Counted from the first letter of the stretch, positions 9,021 to 20,165 are shown. The stretch is 64,000 nucleotides of DNA from an uncultured Erysipelotrichaceae bacterium (GCA_900317295.1 ONGB01000003.1:12245-76244); one strand, 5' to 3'. Program-made: numbers and translations. Notes: a model not told the origin generated them from the sequence alone.

Positions 9021-9995
9021 TTATTTGATTTCGGATATAAGAGCGCGTTTTTCCGCCTTTTTGATAGCAAAAAATGTCAAAGCGGCCACGCCGAGGAAAA
9101 GAACGACACCGGCGACGAACTGCCACCATTGGTTGGTGTGGGGGTTAACGTAAACGCCATGCATGTCGTTGTTTACGAACATGGATATGACCGAGCCTAG
9201 GACGAAGCCCAGGACGACCCCGAAAGTCCCTCTTCTGTGGTTCTCGAGAAGGGATTTCATCGCTTTTGAAACGGCGATCAAACCCACGAAGATCCCGATG
9301 AGCAAAACAAGGATAATCAATAGCCCGCCACCCAATTTCGATTTGTCGTGGAAGATCGATTCGTTGACGATATTTCCTTCCACATCATATTGGTTCATAA
9401 ATAGGTTAACGACAGGGTTATATAAACCAAAAATAAAGAGAACCATTGAGCCAGAAATACCCGGAATCAAGCAGGCGACCGCCGCTAAGAAACCAACGAA
9501 AAGCACAACGAAGAAGATCCACCAAGACTGGAACGGGGCATTAAACGCGGCCTGGAAATCCAAATTGGTGTTTATAATCCCCGCGGCGGAAAGGAAGGAA
9601 AGAACGCCAATCGAAGCAGCCAGCAAAAACCCTATCAAAATCCTTCCAAAGTCCGCAAAACCCAACTTTTCTCCACGCAATTCTTTTGTGATCACAGGCA
9701 ACCCGCCCGCTACAAAACCAGCTAAAGCGCCAATCACGATGAAAGGGAAATAGACATAGGCCAGTTTTTTCCAAAAGATGAGCAAGGCCACCGCAGAGAC
9801 GATGCAACCCAAAGCGATGGGAAGCAACGCCAAAAACGACCGTTTGAAATCCTTCCTCAAAGAGCTGATAGCTTCAATGAGTCGATCATATACATTGACG
9901 ATAATTCCAACCGTCCCGACGGAGACGCCCGGGAGGATTCCGGTGCCCAATGCGGCGCCACGGCCAAATTCCAAAAACCAGTCTTTCGCTTTCAT
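9021..9995 (-). CDS. polytopic membrane protein with internal duplication (DUF368-like; PGVSxG / PGISGS repeats)
   Basis: 324-aa hydrophobic ORF; two repeats each carrying a P-G-(V/I)-S motif; family assignment from memory of the DUF368 pattern. Confidence 0.45.
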   Translation of the reverse strand: MKAKDWFLEFGRGAALGTGILPGVSVGTVGIIVNVYDRLIEAISSLRKDFKRSFLALLPIALGCIVSAVALLIFWKKLAYVYFPFIVIGALAGFVAGGLPVITKELRGEKLGFADFGRILIGFLLAASIGVLSFLSAAGIINTNLDFQAAFNAPFQSWWIFFVVLFVGFLAAVACLIPGISGSMVLFIFGLYNPVVNLFMNQYDVEGNIVNESIFHDKSKLGGGLLIILVLLIGIFVGLIAVSKAMKSLLENHRRGTFGVVLGFVLGSVISMFVNNDMHGVYVNPHTNQWWQFVAGVVLFLGVAALTFFAIKKAEKRALISEIK

Positions 9996-10059
9996 TCGCG
10001 GATTAGTATATGCGTTTGCAATCCAATTGCGAAGGACGATGTGATACGATTATTTCGCT

Positions 10060-10605
10060 ATGCGAACCCTAGTTTTATATAAATCCAACACCGGCTGCAC
10101 AAAAGAATACGCCGAAAAGATCGCCAAGGCTTTCCAGACCGAGGCCGTCCCGCTTAAAAAAGGAGAATTTAAAAAGATCAACTTCGAGGACTATGACACC
10201 ATCGTTTTCGGTGGCTGGATCCTCGGTAGCCAAATCCAAGGGATCGATGATTTCCTATGGCGGTGGGACGAGATGTCTGAGAAAAACGTCATCGTTTTCG
10301 CCGTCGGGATGTCCTTCGCTACCAAGGAGTCGCGGAACAACCTGATCTCCGCGAACCTTTTGGATATGTATCATCTCCGCTTTTATCAATTGCGCGGCGG
10401 ATTTGATTATCAAAAACTCGGCCCGATTCAAAAATTTATGTTCAACATCGGCATTTCCCAAGCCAAACGCGAAACCGACGGGAAGACCGATGTCGATTTC
10501 CTCACGACCATTAAAGAGACCCCCTTTGAATATAGCGACGAAGCCGGCGTGAACCGCATCATCGGCGTTATGCAAAGCATCGAAAACGGGACCCCTAAGG
10601 CATAA
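10060..10605 (+). CDS. flavodoxin-like protein
   Basis: 181 aa; N-terminus MRTLVLYKSNTGCTKEYAEKIAKAF resembles the flavodoxin FMN-binding start. Confidence 0.55.
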   Translation: MRTLVLYKSNTGCTKEYAEKIAKAFQTEAVPLKKGEFKKINFEDYDTIVFGGWILGSQIQGIDDFLWRWDEMSEKNVIVFAVGMSFATKESRNNLISANLLDMYHLRFYQLRGGFDYQKLGPIQKFMFNIGISQAKRETDGKTDVDFLTTIKETPFEYSDEAGVNRIIGVMQSIENGTPKA

Positions 10606-10615
10606 ATCGGACAAC

Positions 10616-11203
10616 ATGAAGCTCATCGTCGGTTTAGGAAACCCCGGACGGGAATACGAAGGAACGAGGCACAATGCCGGTTATTTGGTATTGGACCAAT
10701 TCGCGGAAATGTGCCGCGCCGATTTTGACCGCTCCGGATTCAAAGGAATCTATGCTTTGGTGAAGAACCCCTCGTTTGCTGAGCCGATTCTGCTTTTGAA
10801 GCCCGAAACCTTCATGAATTTATCCGGGGAATCCGTCCGCGCCGCGATGGATTTCTATAAATTGAGCCCGGAAGACGTGCTCGTCATCTATGATGACATG
10901 GCCATTGAACCGGGCCGCATCCGACTGCGTCCTTTTGGAAGCTCTGGCGCGCATAAAGGCATGCAGAATATCATCGATTTGCTGGGCACGGACCGCATTA
11001 AGCGTATCCGTATCGGCATCGGAGAACCTCCATTCTCCGGGGTTGACTGGGTGTTGACCAAGCCCAAGGGCGAAGAAAAAGAAAAAGTCGAATCCGCCGC
11101 AGGCGAGGCCGCGAAGGCGATTCGCGACTACTTACTTAACGGTTGGGACTACGCGATGAACCACTACAATCAAAAGGAGGGGCACATTGAAAGAACTGCT
11201 TGA
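10616..11203 (+). CDS. pth: peptidyl-tRNA hydrolase
   Basis: 195 aa; MKLIVGLGNPGREYEGTRHNAGY is the canonical Pth N-terminus; precedes mfd as in Bacillus. Confidence 0.9.
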   Translation: MKLIVGLGNPGREYEGTRHNAGYLVLDQFAEMCRADFDRSGFKGIYALVKNPSFAEPILLLKPETFMNLSGESVRAAMDFYKLSPEDVLVIYDDMAIEPGRIRLRPFGSSGAHKGMQNIIDLLGTDRIKRIRIGIGEPPFSGVDWVLTKPKGEEKEKVESAAGEAAKAIRDYLLNGWDYAMNHYNQKEGHIERTA

Positions 11204-14200
11204 TCAGATTTATTCGTTGCCCATCACCTCCCCCCTCCTTGAGAAAAAGGGGTCTTTCGTCGTGGAAGAAACTCTCGGAACCGGACTCCTTTTTGCCTCG
11301 ATTTATCAAAAAGAGCCGCGAAATTATGCATTAATCGCCACAAACCTATATTCCGCCCAACGGCTTTATGAGTTCCTTTTGAACTTCCTTTCCGAAGAGG
11401 ATGTCGCCTTCTTCCCCGGCGACGAACTGCTCCGCGCGGAGACGCTTGCCAGCTCCCGCGAACTGCTCTCCCAACGTCTTTATGCCTTGGGGCAAATCAC
11501 CGCGGGCAAAAAGGGAAAAATCCTTGTTACGCATCCCGGGGCCCTGCTTCGTTATCTGCCTGACCCCGCCCTCTTTAAAAAGAAGACCCTGAAACTAAAA
11601 ATTGGGGATCATCTCGACTTTAGGCAGTTGAAGGCGGATCTGCTGGACATCGGCTATCAGGCCGTGGGCAAGGTGGAGCGCTCTCTCCAATACGCCTCAC
11701 GCGGGGACATATTGGATATTTATTCGGTTTCTTCCCTCGACCCCATCCGGATCGAATTCTTCGACGACGAGATCGAATCGATCCGCCTCTTTGATGTCAG
11801 AACCCAACAAAGCAAAGGCAATTTGAAAGAATGTTTGATCCTGCCAGCCACGGACATGCTGCTAAGCGACGAGGAGATCACCTCCTTTGCCCAAAGGGCA
11901 AGCGACGCTATTGAAGAAGAAGGCAAGCTAAAAGATCAGGCGGGCAAAAAATGGATGGATATGTTCCGCGCCTCGGTTTCTTTGGCGATGGAAGACATCG
12001 TTGGGAAGACCTATCGCAGCGATCTATATAAATACTATGGTTTCGCCTGCGCCCGCCCGCATTCGGTTTTGGAGTATTTCTCGCCGGAAATCATCTACGT
12101 CACATCGAAAGACGCCTTCTACGACGGCTCCAGCCGCCTGATCCATGAGGCCGAGGGCTTTTATCGCGAGCTTTATTTGGAAGGAAGGCTCCTCCCTGGC
12201 TGCCGTGCCTATATGGATATCGGGGATGCCTTAAAGCCCAAGACCAAAGTCATCTATTCGACGCCTTTCTCTACTTCGGGCGACGACCATCGTTTCCAAG
12301 CCCACAAGATTTCTTTGACGGGAACTTCCATCGCCTCTGTCCTGCCGTCGGTCCAAAGCTATTTGGCGATGAACGACAAAGTGGTGCTGTCCTTGCCTGA
12401 CGCCAAGCAGCGGTCCGCGGTTGTTTCTTTATTGGAAGAAAACGGGATTCCGTACGAGAAAACAACGGGTTTTCAGCTTCCGGAGGGGAAACTCTGCATC
12501 CAAGAAACCGCGATTTCCGAGGGGTTTGAGATCCCTTCTTTGCGCATCGCCTTCATCTCTTCTGCGGAGCTTTTCCGTCATAAATCCGTCGCCTCCAGAT
12601 TCGTTTCCAGATTCAAGGAAGGCACGGTGCTGCGGAGCTATGAAGAGTTGAAGCCGGGCGATTACGTGGTCCACGAATATAACGGGATCGGCCAGTTCCT
12701 CGACATCAAAACCATCGAAAGCGAAGGCGTGCACCGGGATTACCTCCATCTGGCCTACGCGAACAACGAATTCCTCTATGTTCCTTTGGAACAATTCCGT
12801 TTGGTCCGGAAATACGCCGGAAGAGAAGGGGTTGCCCCCAAGCTCTCCCGTCTTTCCACCCACGATTGGGAAAAACGGAAAGCCAAGATCAAAGACCGCG
12901 TCAACGAATTGGCGGATCGCCTTGTTTCCTTATATGGGGACCGCGCCAAGTCCGCCGGGTTTGCCTTCCCGCCGGATGACGAATTGCAAAAACCCTTCGA
13001 AGACGAATTCCCCTATGCCCTGACCCCCGATCAGCAAAAAGCCTTGGATGACATCAAGGCTGACATGGAAAAGCCCTTGATCATGGATCGCCTCCTGTGC
13101 GGGGATGTCGGATTTGGCAAAACCGAGGTGGCCTTCCGCGCCGCCTTCAAGGCGATATCCGCGGGGAAACAGGTAGCATTGCTCTGCCCGACCACCCTTT
13201 TGGCGAGGCAGCATTATGAAGTGGCCGCGGAAAGGTTTGGGCAATACGGGGTCCATTTGGCGTTGTTCTCTCGCCTGGTTCCCGAAAAGGAACAAAAGGC
13301 CTCCGCCGCGCTTCTAGCGGAAGGGAAGATCGACTTCGCCATCGGCACGCACCGCCTACTATCCAAGGAAATCTCCTTCAAAGACCTTGGTCTATTGATC
13401 GTCGACGAAGAGCAGCGCTTCGGCGTCGAGCAGAAAGAAAGAATCAAGGAAATCAAACGGAACGTCGATGTTTTGACCCTTTCGGCTACGCCGATCCCCA
13501 GGACCTTGCAGATGTCTTTGGTGGGCATTCGGCCCTTGTCGGAGATCAACACCGCGCCGGCTTTCCGCATGCCGATCCAAACCTATGTCACCCCCTTCAA
13601 AGAGGATGTCATACGAGAATTGATCGAACGGGAATTAGCGAGGCACGGCCAGGTTTATTACGTTCATAACAAAGTCGAAAGCATCTATGCGGTCGCCAAT
13701 CGCTTGGCGGCTAAGATCCCTGGCGCGGAAGTCGGGGTCGTCCATGGGAAGATGGACAAAGAGGAAGTGGAAGACGTCATGGAACGATTCTATGAAGGCT
13801 CTGTGAACCTTTTGGTCTGCACTTCCATCATCGAAAACGGCATCGACGTCCCCAACGCGAACATGTTGATCGTTGAAGACGCCGACCACTTTGGTTTGGC
13901 GCAGCTTTATCAAATCAAAGGAAGGGTGGGGCGCGGAAACCGCATCGCCTACGCCTATCTGACTTACCGCGAAAGAAAAGAAATGAATGACGAAGCGCAG
14001 AAGCGATTGACGGCCATTCAGGAGTTCACCGAGCTGGGCTCGGGATACAAAATCGCCCAACGCGATTTGATGATCCGCGGGGCGGGCGACATCCTCGGCC
14101 CCGAGCAAGCGGGCTTCATCGATTCGGTGGGCCTTGACCTTTACTTGAAGATGCTTAACGAGGCCGTCGAGGCCAGGAAGACGGGTGTCGAACCGGAGCC

Positions 14201-14669
14201 GCCCAAGGCGAAAAAGATGTTTTCCATCGATGCCTATATTCCCGCCGAATACGCCTCAAAAGGCGACAAGTTGGAACTCTATCAAGAACTCGAAGATGCC
14301 AAATCCGATGGAGAAATCGCTGCGTTTTCCAAAAAAATCCGCGATATTTATGGTAAAGTTCCGCCTGAGGTCAACCTGCTGATCTCCAAGAAGCGCATCG
14401 ACCTCTTAAGCGAAAACGAGGAGTTTGAAACCATCACCGAACAGCCCGATCGGATCGACGTGGACATGAGCCCGCTATTCACCCGCGTCGACGGAATCGC
14501 CACCGAGCTATTCGACGCGTTGGTCCCGTTCTTGCAAACCCTCAAGGTTTCCTTCTCGGGCAAGAAACTTAGGCTTTCTTTGTTCAAGAAGGGCGAATGG
14601 CTCATCACTTTAGAAAAGATGATGAAGGCGACCCATCGAACTTATGAGAAACACCGCACAATACCTTAA
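11187..14669 (+). CDS. mfd: transcription-repair coupling factor
   Basis: 1160 aa; UvrB-homology N-terminus, RNAP-interacting domain, DEAD/DEAH helicase motifs (GDVGFGKTEVA, LIVDEEQRFG, TATPIPRTL); TTG start with AAGGAGG RBS 6 nt upstream, overlapping the pth 3' end. Confidence 0.9.
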   Translation: MKELLDQIYSLPITSPLLEKKGSFVVEETLGTGLLFASIYQKEPRNYALIATNLYSAQRLYEFLLNFLSEEDVAFFPGDELLRAETLASSRELLSQRLYALGQITAGKKGKILVTHPGALLRYLPDPALFKKKTLKLKIGDHLDFRQLKADLLDIGYQAVGKVERSLQYASRGDILDIYSVSSLDPIRIEFFDDEIESIRLFDVRTQQSKGNLKECLILPATDMLLSDEEITSFAQRASDAIEEEGKLKDQAGKKWMDMFRASVSLAMEDIVGKTYRSDLYKYYGFACARPHSVLEYFSPEIIYVTSKDAFYDGSSRLIHEAEGFYRELYLEGRLLPGCRAYMDIGDALKPKTKVIYSTPFSTSGDDHRFQAHKISLTGTSIASVLPSVQSYLAMNDKVVLSLPDAKQRSAVVSLLEENGIPYEKTTGFQLPEGKLCIQETAISEGFEIPSLRIAFISSAELFRHKSVASRFVSRFKEGTVLRSYEELKPGDYVVHEYNGIGQFLDIKTIESEGVHRDYLHLAYANNEFLYVPLEQFRLVRKYAGREGVAPKLSRLSTHDWEKRKAKIKDRVNELADRLVSLYGDRAKSAGFAFPPDDELQKPFEDEFPYALTPDQQKALDDIKADMEKPLIMDRLLCGDVGFGKTEVAFRAAFKAISAGKQVALLCPTTLLARQHYEVAAERFGQYGVHLALFSRLVPEKEQKASAALLAEGKIDFAIGTHRLLSKEISFKDLGLLIVDEEQRFGVEQKERIKEIKRNVDVLTLSATPIPRTLQMSLVGIRPLSEINTAPAFRMPIQTYVTPFKEDVIRELIERELARHGQVYYVHNKVESIYAVANRLAAKIPGAEVGVVHGKMDKEEVEDVMERFYEGSVNLLVCTSIIENGIDVPNANMLIVEDADHFGLAQLYQIKGRVGRGNRIAYAYLTYRERKEMNDEAQKRLTAIQEFTELGSGYKIAQRDLMIRGAGDILGPEQAGFIDSVGLDLYLKMLNEAVEARKTGVEPEPPKAKKMFSIDAYIPAEYASKGDKLELYQELEDAKSDGEIAAFSKKIRDIYGKVPPEVNLLISKKRIDLLSENEEFETITEQPDRIDVDMSPLFTRVDGIATELFDALVPFLQTLKVSFSGKKLRLSLFKKGEWLITLEKMMKATHRTYEKHRTIP

Positions 14670-14694
14670 GGGATTGTGATAAACTTTACTAAGC

Positions 14695-14982
14695 ATGCGG
14701 CTGGATAAGTTCCTAAAAGTCTCCCGTTTGGTGAAAAGAAGAGAAGTTGCCAAAGAGCTTTGCGATGATGGGGATGTCCTCATCAATGGCAAGGTTGGCA
14801 AACCCTCCTCCGAAGTCGTCCCCGGGGACAAGTTGGTCCTCTACTTAGGACGCCACACCGTCACCGCGGAAGTGTTAGAAACCAGGCCGTTTGCGAATAA
14901 AGACCAAGCCGGGGAGCTCTATCGGATCCTCTCCGACGAAGTCAAAGAAAGGACAGACGAAAATGTTCAACTTCACCCTTGA
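14695..14982 (+). CDS. S4-domain RNA-binding protein (Hsp15/YabO-like)
   Basis: 95 aa; MRLDKFLKVSRLVKRREVAKELCDDGDVLINGK is an S4 domain; synteny with Bacillus yabO downstream of mfd. Confidence 0.7.
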   Translation: MRLDKFLKVSRLVKRREVAKELCDDGDVLINGKVGKPSSEVVPGDKLVLYLGRHTVTAEVLETRPFANKDQAGELYRILSDEVKERTDENVQLHP

Positions 14983-16216
14983 TCCCGAAGCGACGTATTT
15001 GGTCGCTTGCACCTATGGGGCCGATTCCATGGCCTTGCTGGATATGCTTTTGAAGAAGGGCGCCAAACCCGTCGTCGTTTCTTTGGACTATCACAAATTC
15101 GATTCTTCCCCCGCCGATTTCGCCGGGTTGGAGGCTTTCTGCAAAGAAAAAGGCCTTCCTTTTGAGCTTTTGGATGCGGCTAAACTCCCCGAAGAGAAGC
15201 AATATCACGAAGGGCAAGACTTCAAGGCTTGGGCGAGGAAGACCCGTTACGACTTCTTCAAGGAAATCTATAAGAAATACGACGCCAAGGCGCTTTATCT
15301 CGCCCATCAGCAGGATGATTTGCTCGCCGACTACCTCCGTCAGAAGAGGCTCAACAAATTCGAAGAGACCAGCTTCTCTGAAATCCGCACCGTCCGCGGG
15401 ATGGTCGTCGTCCGCCCGTTGATTCACTATTCCCACGAAGACTTGGTGGAATATAACCGCGAGAATCAGGTGCCTTATTCCCGTCGCAGCGACGCCTTCG
15501 AAGCTTTCCACGTACAAGATCCCATCCGCCAGGAAATCGCCGACCTCAACGAGATCGACCGCGGCCGTTTGGAGGAGGAAATGCAGGCGAAAAACGAGAA
15601 CCAACTCCGTCTCAGCTCCGAGCTTCAAGAGAAGGCCGGGCGAAGCGAAGAACTCGAAATCCGCGCGCTTTTCGCCTTGCCAAAGGACGATTTCTCCGCG
15701 ACGCTCATCCGTTTCGTTAACTCTGGGGACGCGAAGGTCCACCTTGGCGACGAAGACATTCAAAAGATCCGTCAATTCCTTTTGACCCCCCAAGCCAGCG
15801 CCGTTTATAAACTCAAAGGCAACACCCATCTCGTGAAACAATACGATGTCGTCTTCTTGGGAAAACGCTTTGACAAATTGCCCTATAGCTACACGTTGGA
15901 AAAACCGGGCAAACTCTCCACGGAGCAATTTGACCTCGACTTCTCCATGGGCGCGGAAGACCGCTTCATCAAAGAAAGCGACTACCCCCTGACCATCCGC
16001 ACCGCCTTGCCCGCGGATACCTTCGTTTTCGCCGGCTACCTGATGAACGTCCTCGAAGCCTATTCTTCTTGGAAAATGCCGGTAAAACTAAGGTATGTCT
16101 GGCCTGTATTCGTGAATAAGGACGGAAAGATCGTCTATGTCCCGCGTTATCGCGAGCACTTCCAGGAATATCATTCCTCCATCCTTCAGATGCACATTGA
16201 GGACAAAGAGCAGTAA
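14963..16216 (+). CDS. tilS: tRNA(Ile)-lysidine synthetase
   Basis: Start assigned to MFNFTLDP; LAHQQDDLLADYL / VRPLIHYSHEDL motifs fit TilS; the PP-loop reads ACTYGADS instead of the canonical SGGxDS. Confidence 0.65.
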   Translation: MFNFTLDPEATYLVACTYGADSMALLDMLLKKGAKPVVVSLDYHKFDSSPADFAGLEAFCKEKGLPFELLDAAKLPEEKQYHEGQDFKAWARKTRYDFFKEIYKKYDAKALYLAHQQDDLLADYLRQKRLNKFEETSFSEIRTVRGMVVVRPLIHYSHEDLVEYNRENQVPYSRRSDAFEAFHVQDPIRQEIADLNEIDRGRLEEEMQAKNENQLRLSSELQEKAGRSEELEIRALFALPKDDFSATLIRFVNSGDAKVHLGDEDIQKIRQFLLTPQASAVYKLKGNTHLVKQYDVVFLGKRFDKLPYSYTLEKPGKLSTEQFDLDFSMGAEDRFIKESDYPLTIRTALPADTFVFAGYLMNVLEAYSSWKMPVKLRYVWPVFVNKDGKIVYVPRYREHFQEYHSSILQMHIEDKEQ

Positions 16217-16316
16217 GCAATACGATTGACATCTTTCTCCGCGCGTTTAGATTCTTTACGCAACCGCGCGGAGATACTCCGCTTAGGCGGATTGAGACGA
16301 AAGGAAAGCAAGTAGC

Positions 16317-18455
16317 ATGAATGACGGAAAGCAAAAAAGAAGCATAATCGGGTATATCCTCCCGTACATTTTGGGCCTCGCCTTGGTCGGGTTATTCGTT
16401 TACCTGATCGTTGGCAACCTATTCAACACCACCGAAACATGGGCCGAATCCGTTTTGGATGACTATCTCGGTACTTACGTCGACGTTTCCGGAGGCGAAG
16501 GTGAGATCAAGATGCTTTCTTATGAAGACTATCGGAACAACGACGCTTCGAAGACTCACATCCTCCGTAGTTTTTCTGTTTCCGAAAGTTATAAGTCCGT
16601 TGGCGTTACCGGTCGCTATTTGAACCGAAACACTGGGAAAACTGGCGCCTTCACCGTTCGTATTCAGGCCGAGAAATGGAATTCCGAATTCGTTTTGTCG
16701 TTTGATGACCACGGAACGGTTTCTACTGTAAAGCACCTTTCCTATTCCTCGATGTTTACCTCTCGTGTTGATCAAGGTCGCGCGGCCGCAGAAAGTCCCG
16801 CGGAAGCCAAAACCTTCTATTACACCGTTTCCGATGCCTTCCAGGTCAGCTGGTGGGACACTTGGGGACCCACGATCATCATGACTGGTATCACCGTCAT
16901 TGTGGCGATTTTCCTCTTCTCCCGCCTGAGTCGCGCCGTAGGTGGTGGACGCGATGGCATCACCAGCTTCAACAAATCTCCTGCGCGCCGCGCGGACAAT
17001 ACGAAGGTGAAATTCACCGACGTCGCGGGTTGTGAAGAAGAAAAGCAGGAGATGGTCGAACTCGTCGAATATCTCAAAGACCCGAAGAAATACTCCAAAT
17101 TGGGCGCTCGCTTGCCCAAAGGCATCCTTTTGATCGGCCCGCCTGGCACTGGCAAAACCTTGCTGGCCAAAGCGGTCGCTGGCGAGGCTGGCGTTCCTTT
17201 CTACAGCATTTCCGGATCCGATTTTGTTGAGATGTATGTCGGCGTTGGCGCAGGACGCGTCCGCGATATGTTCCACCAGGCCAAGGCCACGGCTCCGTGC
17301 TTGATCTTCATCGATGAAATCGACGCCGTCGGTCGCCAGCGCGGCGCTGGCTTGGGCGGCGGCAACGATGAACGCGAGCAAACCCTGAACCAGTTGCTCG
17401 TCGAAATGGATGGTTTCGAGGCCAATTCCGGCATCCTCGTCATCGCCGCGACCAACCGTGACGACGTCCTCGACCCCGCGCTTCGTCGTGCTGGTCGATT
17501 TGACCGCACCGTCACCGTTTCTTTGCCAGACCGGGCGGGGCGTGAAGCGATTTTCCGTGTCCACGCCAGAGGAAAGAGTATCGATCCGAGTGTTGACTTC
17601 GATGCGCTTGCCAAGCGTACCGTCGGCTTCTCCGGCGCGGATATTGATTCCGTTTTGAACGACGCTGCGATTCTGGCTGTCCGCGGGAACAAGAGCGCGA
17701 TCACCCTTGCGGATATTGATGAGGCTATCGACCGCCGCATCTCTGGCCCTGCCAAATCTTCTAAAGGCATGTCGGAGAAAGAGCGCAAGCAGGTTGCTTA
17801 CCATGAAGCGGGCCACGCCGTCATCGGCATCAATCTGCCTTATAGCGATAAGGTGCAGAAGATCACGATCGTCCCGCGCGGCAACACCGGTGGGCACGTG
17901 CTCATGACCCCGGAAGACGACCGTTTCTTGATGACCAAGAACGAATTGATCGCCAGAATCACGGGCCTTTTGGGCGGCCGCACCTCCGAAGAGATCTTCT
18001 TCCAGGACGTTTCGACGGGCGCTTCTAACGACATTTCCGAAGCCACCAGGCTCGCTCGTTTGATGGTTACGGAATTCGGTATGAGCGAGCTCGGCCCAAT
18101 CCAATATGAGCGCGATACCGGATCGGTCTTCCTCGGCCGCGACTATGCGAATACCCAAAGGAATTTCTCCACCCAGGTGGCCTTTGAGATCGACAAAGCC
18201 GTTCGCAAGATCATCGAAGAAGCTCACGCGAACGCCGAAAAGCTTCTTCTTGAGCACAAGGATCAAGTGATCCTCGTCGCGGAACGCCTCCTCGATAAGG
18301 AAACCATCACCGCCGAGGAGATCGAATACCTCTGCAAGAACGGCCGCCTTCCTGACGCCGATAAGCCTGCGGAAGAACCAAAGCCTGAAAAACCGGCCGA
18401 AGAACCGAAGTCTGAAGAGTCCGCCAAGGAAGAGGACGCCCCCTCTAAAGAGTAA
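16317..18455 (+). CDS. ftsH: ATP-dependent zinc metalloprotease FtsH
   Basis: 712 aa; N-terminal TM plus periplasmic domain, AAA+ Walker [19 protein letters not shown], second region of homology, zinc motif HEAGHA; K/E/P-rich C-tail. Confidence 0.92.
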   Translation: MNDGKQKRSIIGYILPYILGLALVGLFVYLIVGNLFNTTETWAESVLDDYLGTYVDVSGGEGEIKMLSYEDYRNNDASKTHILRSFSVSESYKSVGVTGRYLNRNTGKTGAFTVRIQAEKWNSEFVLSFDDHGTVSTVKHLSYSSMFTSRVDQGRAAAESPAEAKTFYYTVSDAFQVSWWDTWGPTIIMTGITVIVAIFLFSRLSRAVGGGRDGITSFNKSPARRADNTKVKFTDVAGCEEEKQEMVELVEYLKDPKKYSKLGARLPKGILLIGPPGTGKTLLAKAVAGEAGVPFYSISGSDFVEMYVGVGAGRVRDMFHQAKATAPCLIFIDEIDAVGRQRGAGLGGGNDEREQTLNQLLVEMDGFEANSGILVIAATNRDDVLDPALRRAGRFDRTVTVSLPDRAGREAIFRVHARGKSIDPSVDFDALAKRTVGFSGADIDSVLNDAAILAVRGNKSAITLADIDEAIDRRISGPAKSSKGMSEKERKQVAYHEAGHAVIGINLPYSDKVQKITIVPRGNTGGHVLMTPEDDRFLMTKNELIARITGLLGGRTSEEIFFQDVSTGASNDISEATRLARLMVTEFGMSELGPIQYERDTGSVFLGRDYANTQRNFSTQVAFEIDKAVRKIIEEAHANAEKLLLEHKDQVILVAERLLDKETITAEEIEYLCKNGRLPDADKPAEEPKPEKPAEEPKSEESAKEEDAPSKE

Positions 18456-18679
18456 GGGCGATTACTGACGGTAAACTATGGCCACAAGATTTTTGAGTGA
18501 CGAAAAACACAATTGGAATTCACTCGCTTCTTGTGGCCGTTTTTCTTTTCGCGTTTTTAGTTCGAGAACAAGGGGCCGCATGATCTCGTTTTGGAGAGAA
18601 TTCGTAACCATCAGGTCAGTGGACAACCCTGCCTTTGATGACTATCGGGAGCGCTCCGCCTGTGTCTTGGAGGGCCAAT

Positions 18680-19657
18680 ATGTTTAAGGTTGGCGACGTC
18701 GAAATCCAAAAGCGCGTTCTCCTTGGGCCGATGGCTGGCATCACCACCATGTCCTACCGAGAATTCATGAAACCCTTCGGCGTAGGACTAAGCTTCTCTG
18801 AGATGGTTTCTGACTGCGGGATCGATTTCAATAACCGCAGGACTTTTGAGTATCTGAAGACTTCAAAAATCGATACGCCTGTCGCAATTCAGCTTTTCGG
18901 GTTTTCTGCCGAAAACACCACAAAAGCGATCAAAATAATCGAGAACGAAGCAGATTTTGATATTTTGGACATCAATTTAGGCTGCCCTGTTTTGAAAGTT
19001 ACCAAGACGGGTGCCGGGTCGGCCTGGCTAAAAGACAGGGACAAACTTCGCGCCTATATGAAGGCCGTCTGCGAGACCTCTTCGAAACCCGTCAGCGCGA
19101 AGATCCGCCTGGGCTGGGACGAGAACTCCATCAACGTTTATGAGGTCTCCAAAGACCTGGAAGAGGCCGGCGTTAAGCTGATCACCATCCATTGTAGAAC
19201 CAAAGCCCAAGGCTATTCCGGAATTGCCGATTATACCAAGGTAGCCAACATGAAGAACGTTATTTCGGTCCCGTTTGCCATCTCGGGAGATATCTTCACT
19301 CCCCAGAAGGCCAAAGAGGCAATCGACATCACGGGGGCCGATGCCGTCATGGTGGCCAGAGGCGGGGTTGGAAATCCTTTTCTATTGACACAAATCAATG
19401 AATATTTGGAAACGGGGAATCTCCTTCCTGACCCTACCGTGAAACAACAAGCGGAATGGGCGCTGGAATACGCGAAAAAACTCTGCGAAGAACATGGGGA
19501 ATCCGTCGCGATGAGAGAGCTTAGAGGCATCATCCCGCATTTCTTCTCCGGCTCCCCGGGATATAAAAAAGTCCGCGTTCAGATCGCCTCCTCTTTGACG
19601 ACGATGGACCAACTAGAAAAGATCCTGGAGGGGATAAAGTCCCGTGAACATTGCTGA
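18680..19657 (+). CDS. dus: tRNA-dihydrouridine synthase
   Basis: Start at MFKVGDVEIQ (GGAGGG RBS); LGPMAGITT, TIM-barrel FMN motifs; conserved Bacillus position after ftsH region. Confidence 0.8.
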   Translation: MFKVGDVEIQKRVLLGPMAGITTMSYREFMKPFGVGLSFSEMVSDCGIDFNNRRTFEYLKTSKIDTPVAIQLFGFSAENTTKAIKIIENEADFDILDINLGCPVLKVTKTGAGSAWLKDRDKLRAYMKAVCETSSKPVSAKIRLGWDENSINVYEVSKDLEEAGVKLITIHCRTKAQGYSGIADYTKVANMKNVISVPFAISGDIFTPQKAKEAIDITGADAVMVARGGVGNPFLLTQINEYLETGNLLPDPTVKQQAEWALEYAKKLCEEHGESVAMRELRGIIPHFFSGSPGYKKVRVQIASSLTTMDQLEKILEGIKSREHC

Positions 19658-20165
19658 ACGGCACGACCACGAATTTCCTCCGCTGATATTCCCGGATTCT
19701 GAGATTCTTATCCTTGGTTCTTTTCCTAGTGTCGCCTCCAGAGCCCAAAAGTTCTTTTATGGATATCCCATGAATCGGTTTTGGGGGATGCTGGCCGCCG
19801 TATACCAAGAGGACAAACCCAACTCCATAGAAGAAAAGACCGCTTTCTGCAAAAAACACCGCCTCGCGCTCTATGACGTCATCGAATCCTGCACCATCGT
19901 CGGCAGCAGCGATTCATCCATAAAAGATATCGTTTTCGCGGATATTTTCGGTTTATGTCAACAAGCGGGCATCAAAAAGATCCTGCTAAACGGGAAGACC
20001 GCTGGAAAGACTTTTCAAAAATACTTAGCGACCTTAGACAATCCTCAAGGATTCCCCGAGTTTGTCGTTTTGCCTTCCACATCCCCCGCCAATGCGGCTT
20101 GTTCGATGGACAAATTGGTCGAGGCCTGGCGCGCTGTTTTGATTGATTTCGCAACTTTTAAGTAG
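19644..20165 (+). CDS. Mug/TDG-family uracil/deoxyinosine DNA glycosylase
   Basis: 173 aa; ILILGSFPS, NRFW, VLPSTSPAN, LVEAWR align to the E. coli Mug motifs (GINPG, NRFW, VLPNPSG, LVEAYR). Confidence 0.7.
   Translation: MNIAERHDHEFPPLIFPDSEILILGSFPSVASRAQKFFYGYPMNRFWGMLAAVYQEDKPNSIEEKTAFCKKHRLALYDVIESCTIVGSSDSSIKDIVFADIFGLCQQAGIKKILLNGKTAGKTFQKYLATLDNPQGFPEFVVLPSTSPANAACSMDKLVEAWRAVLIDFATFK

Noticed and set aside
18478-18687. 69-aa ORF between ftsH and dus
   Set aside because: It coincides with the compound terminator hairpin and has no RBS, so it is more parsimoniously noncoding.
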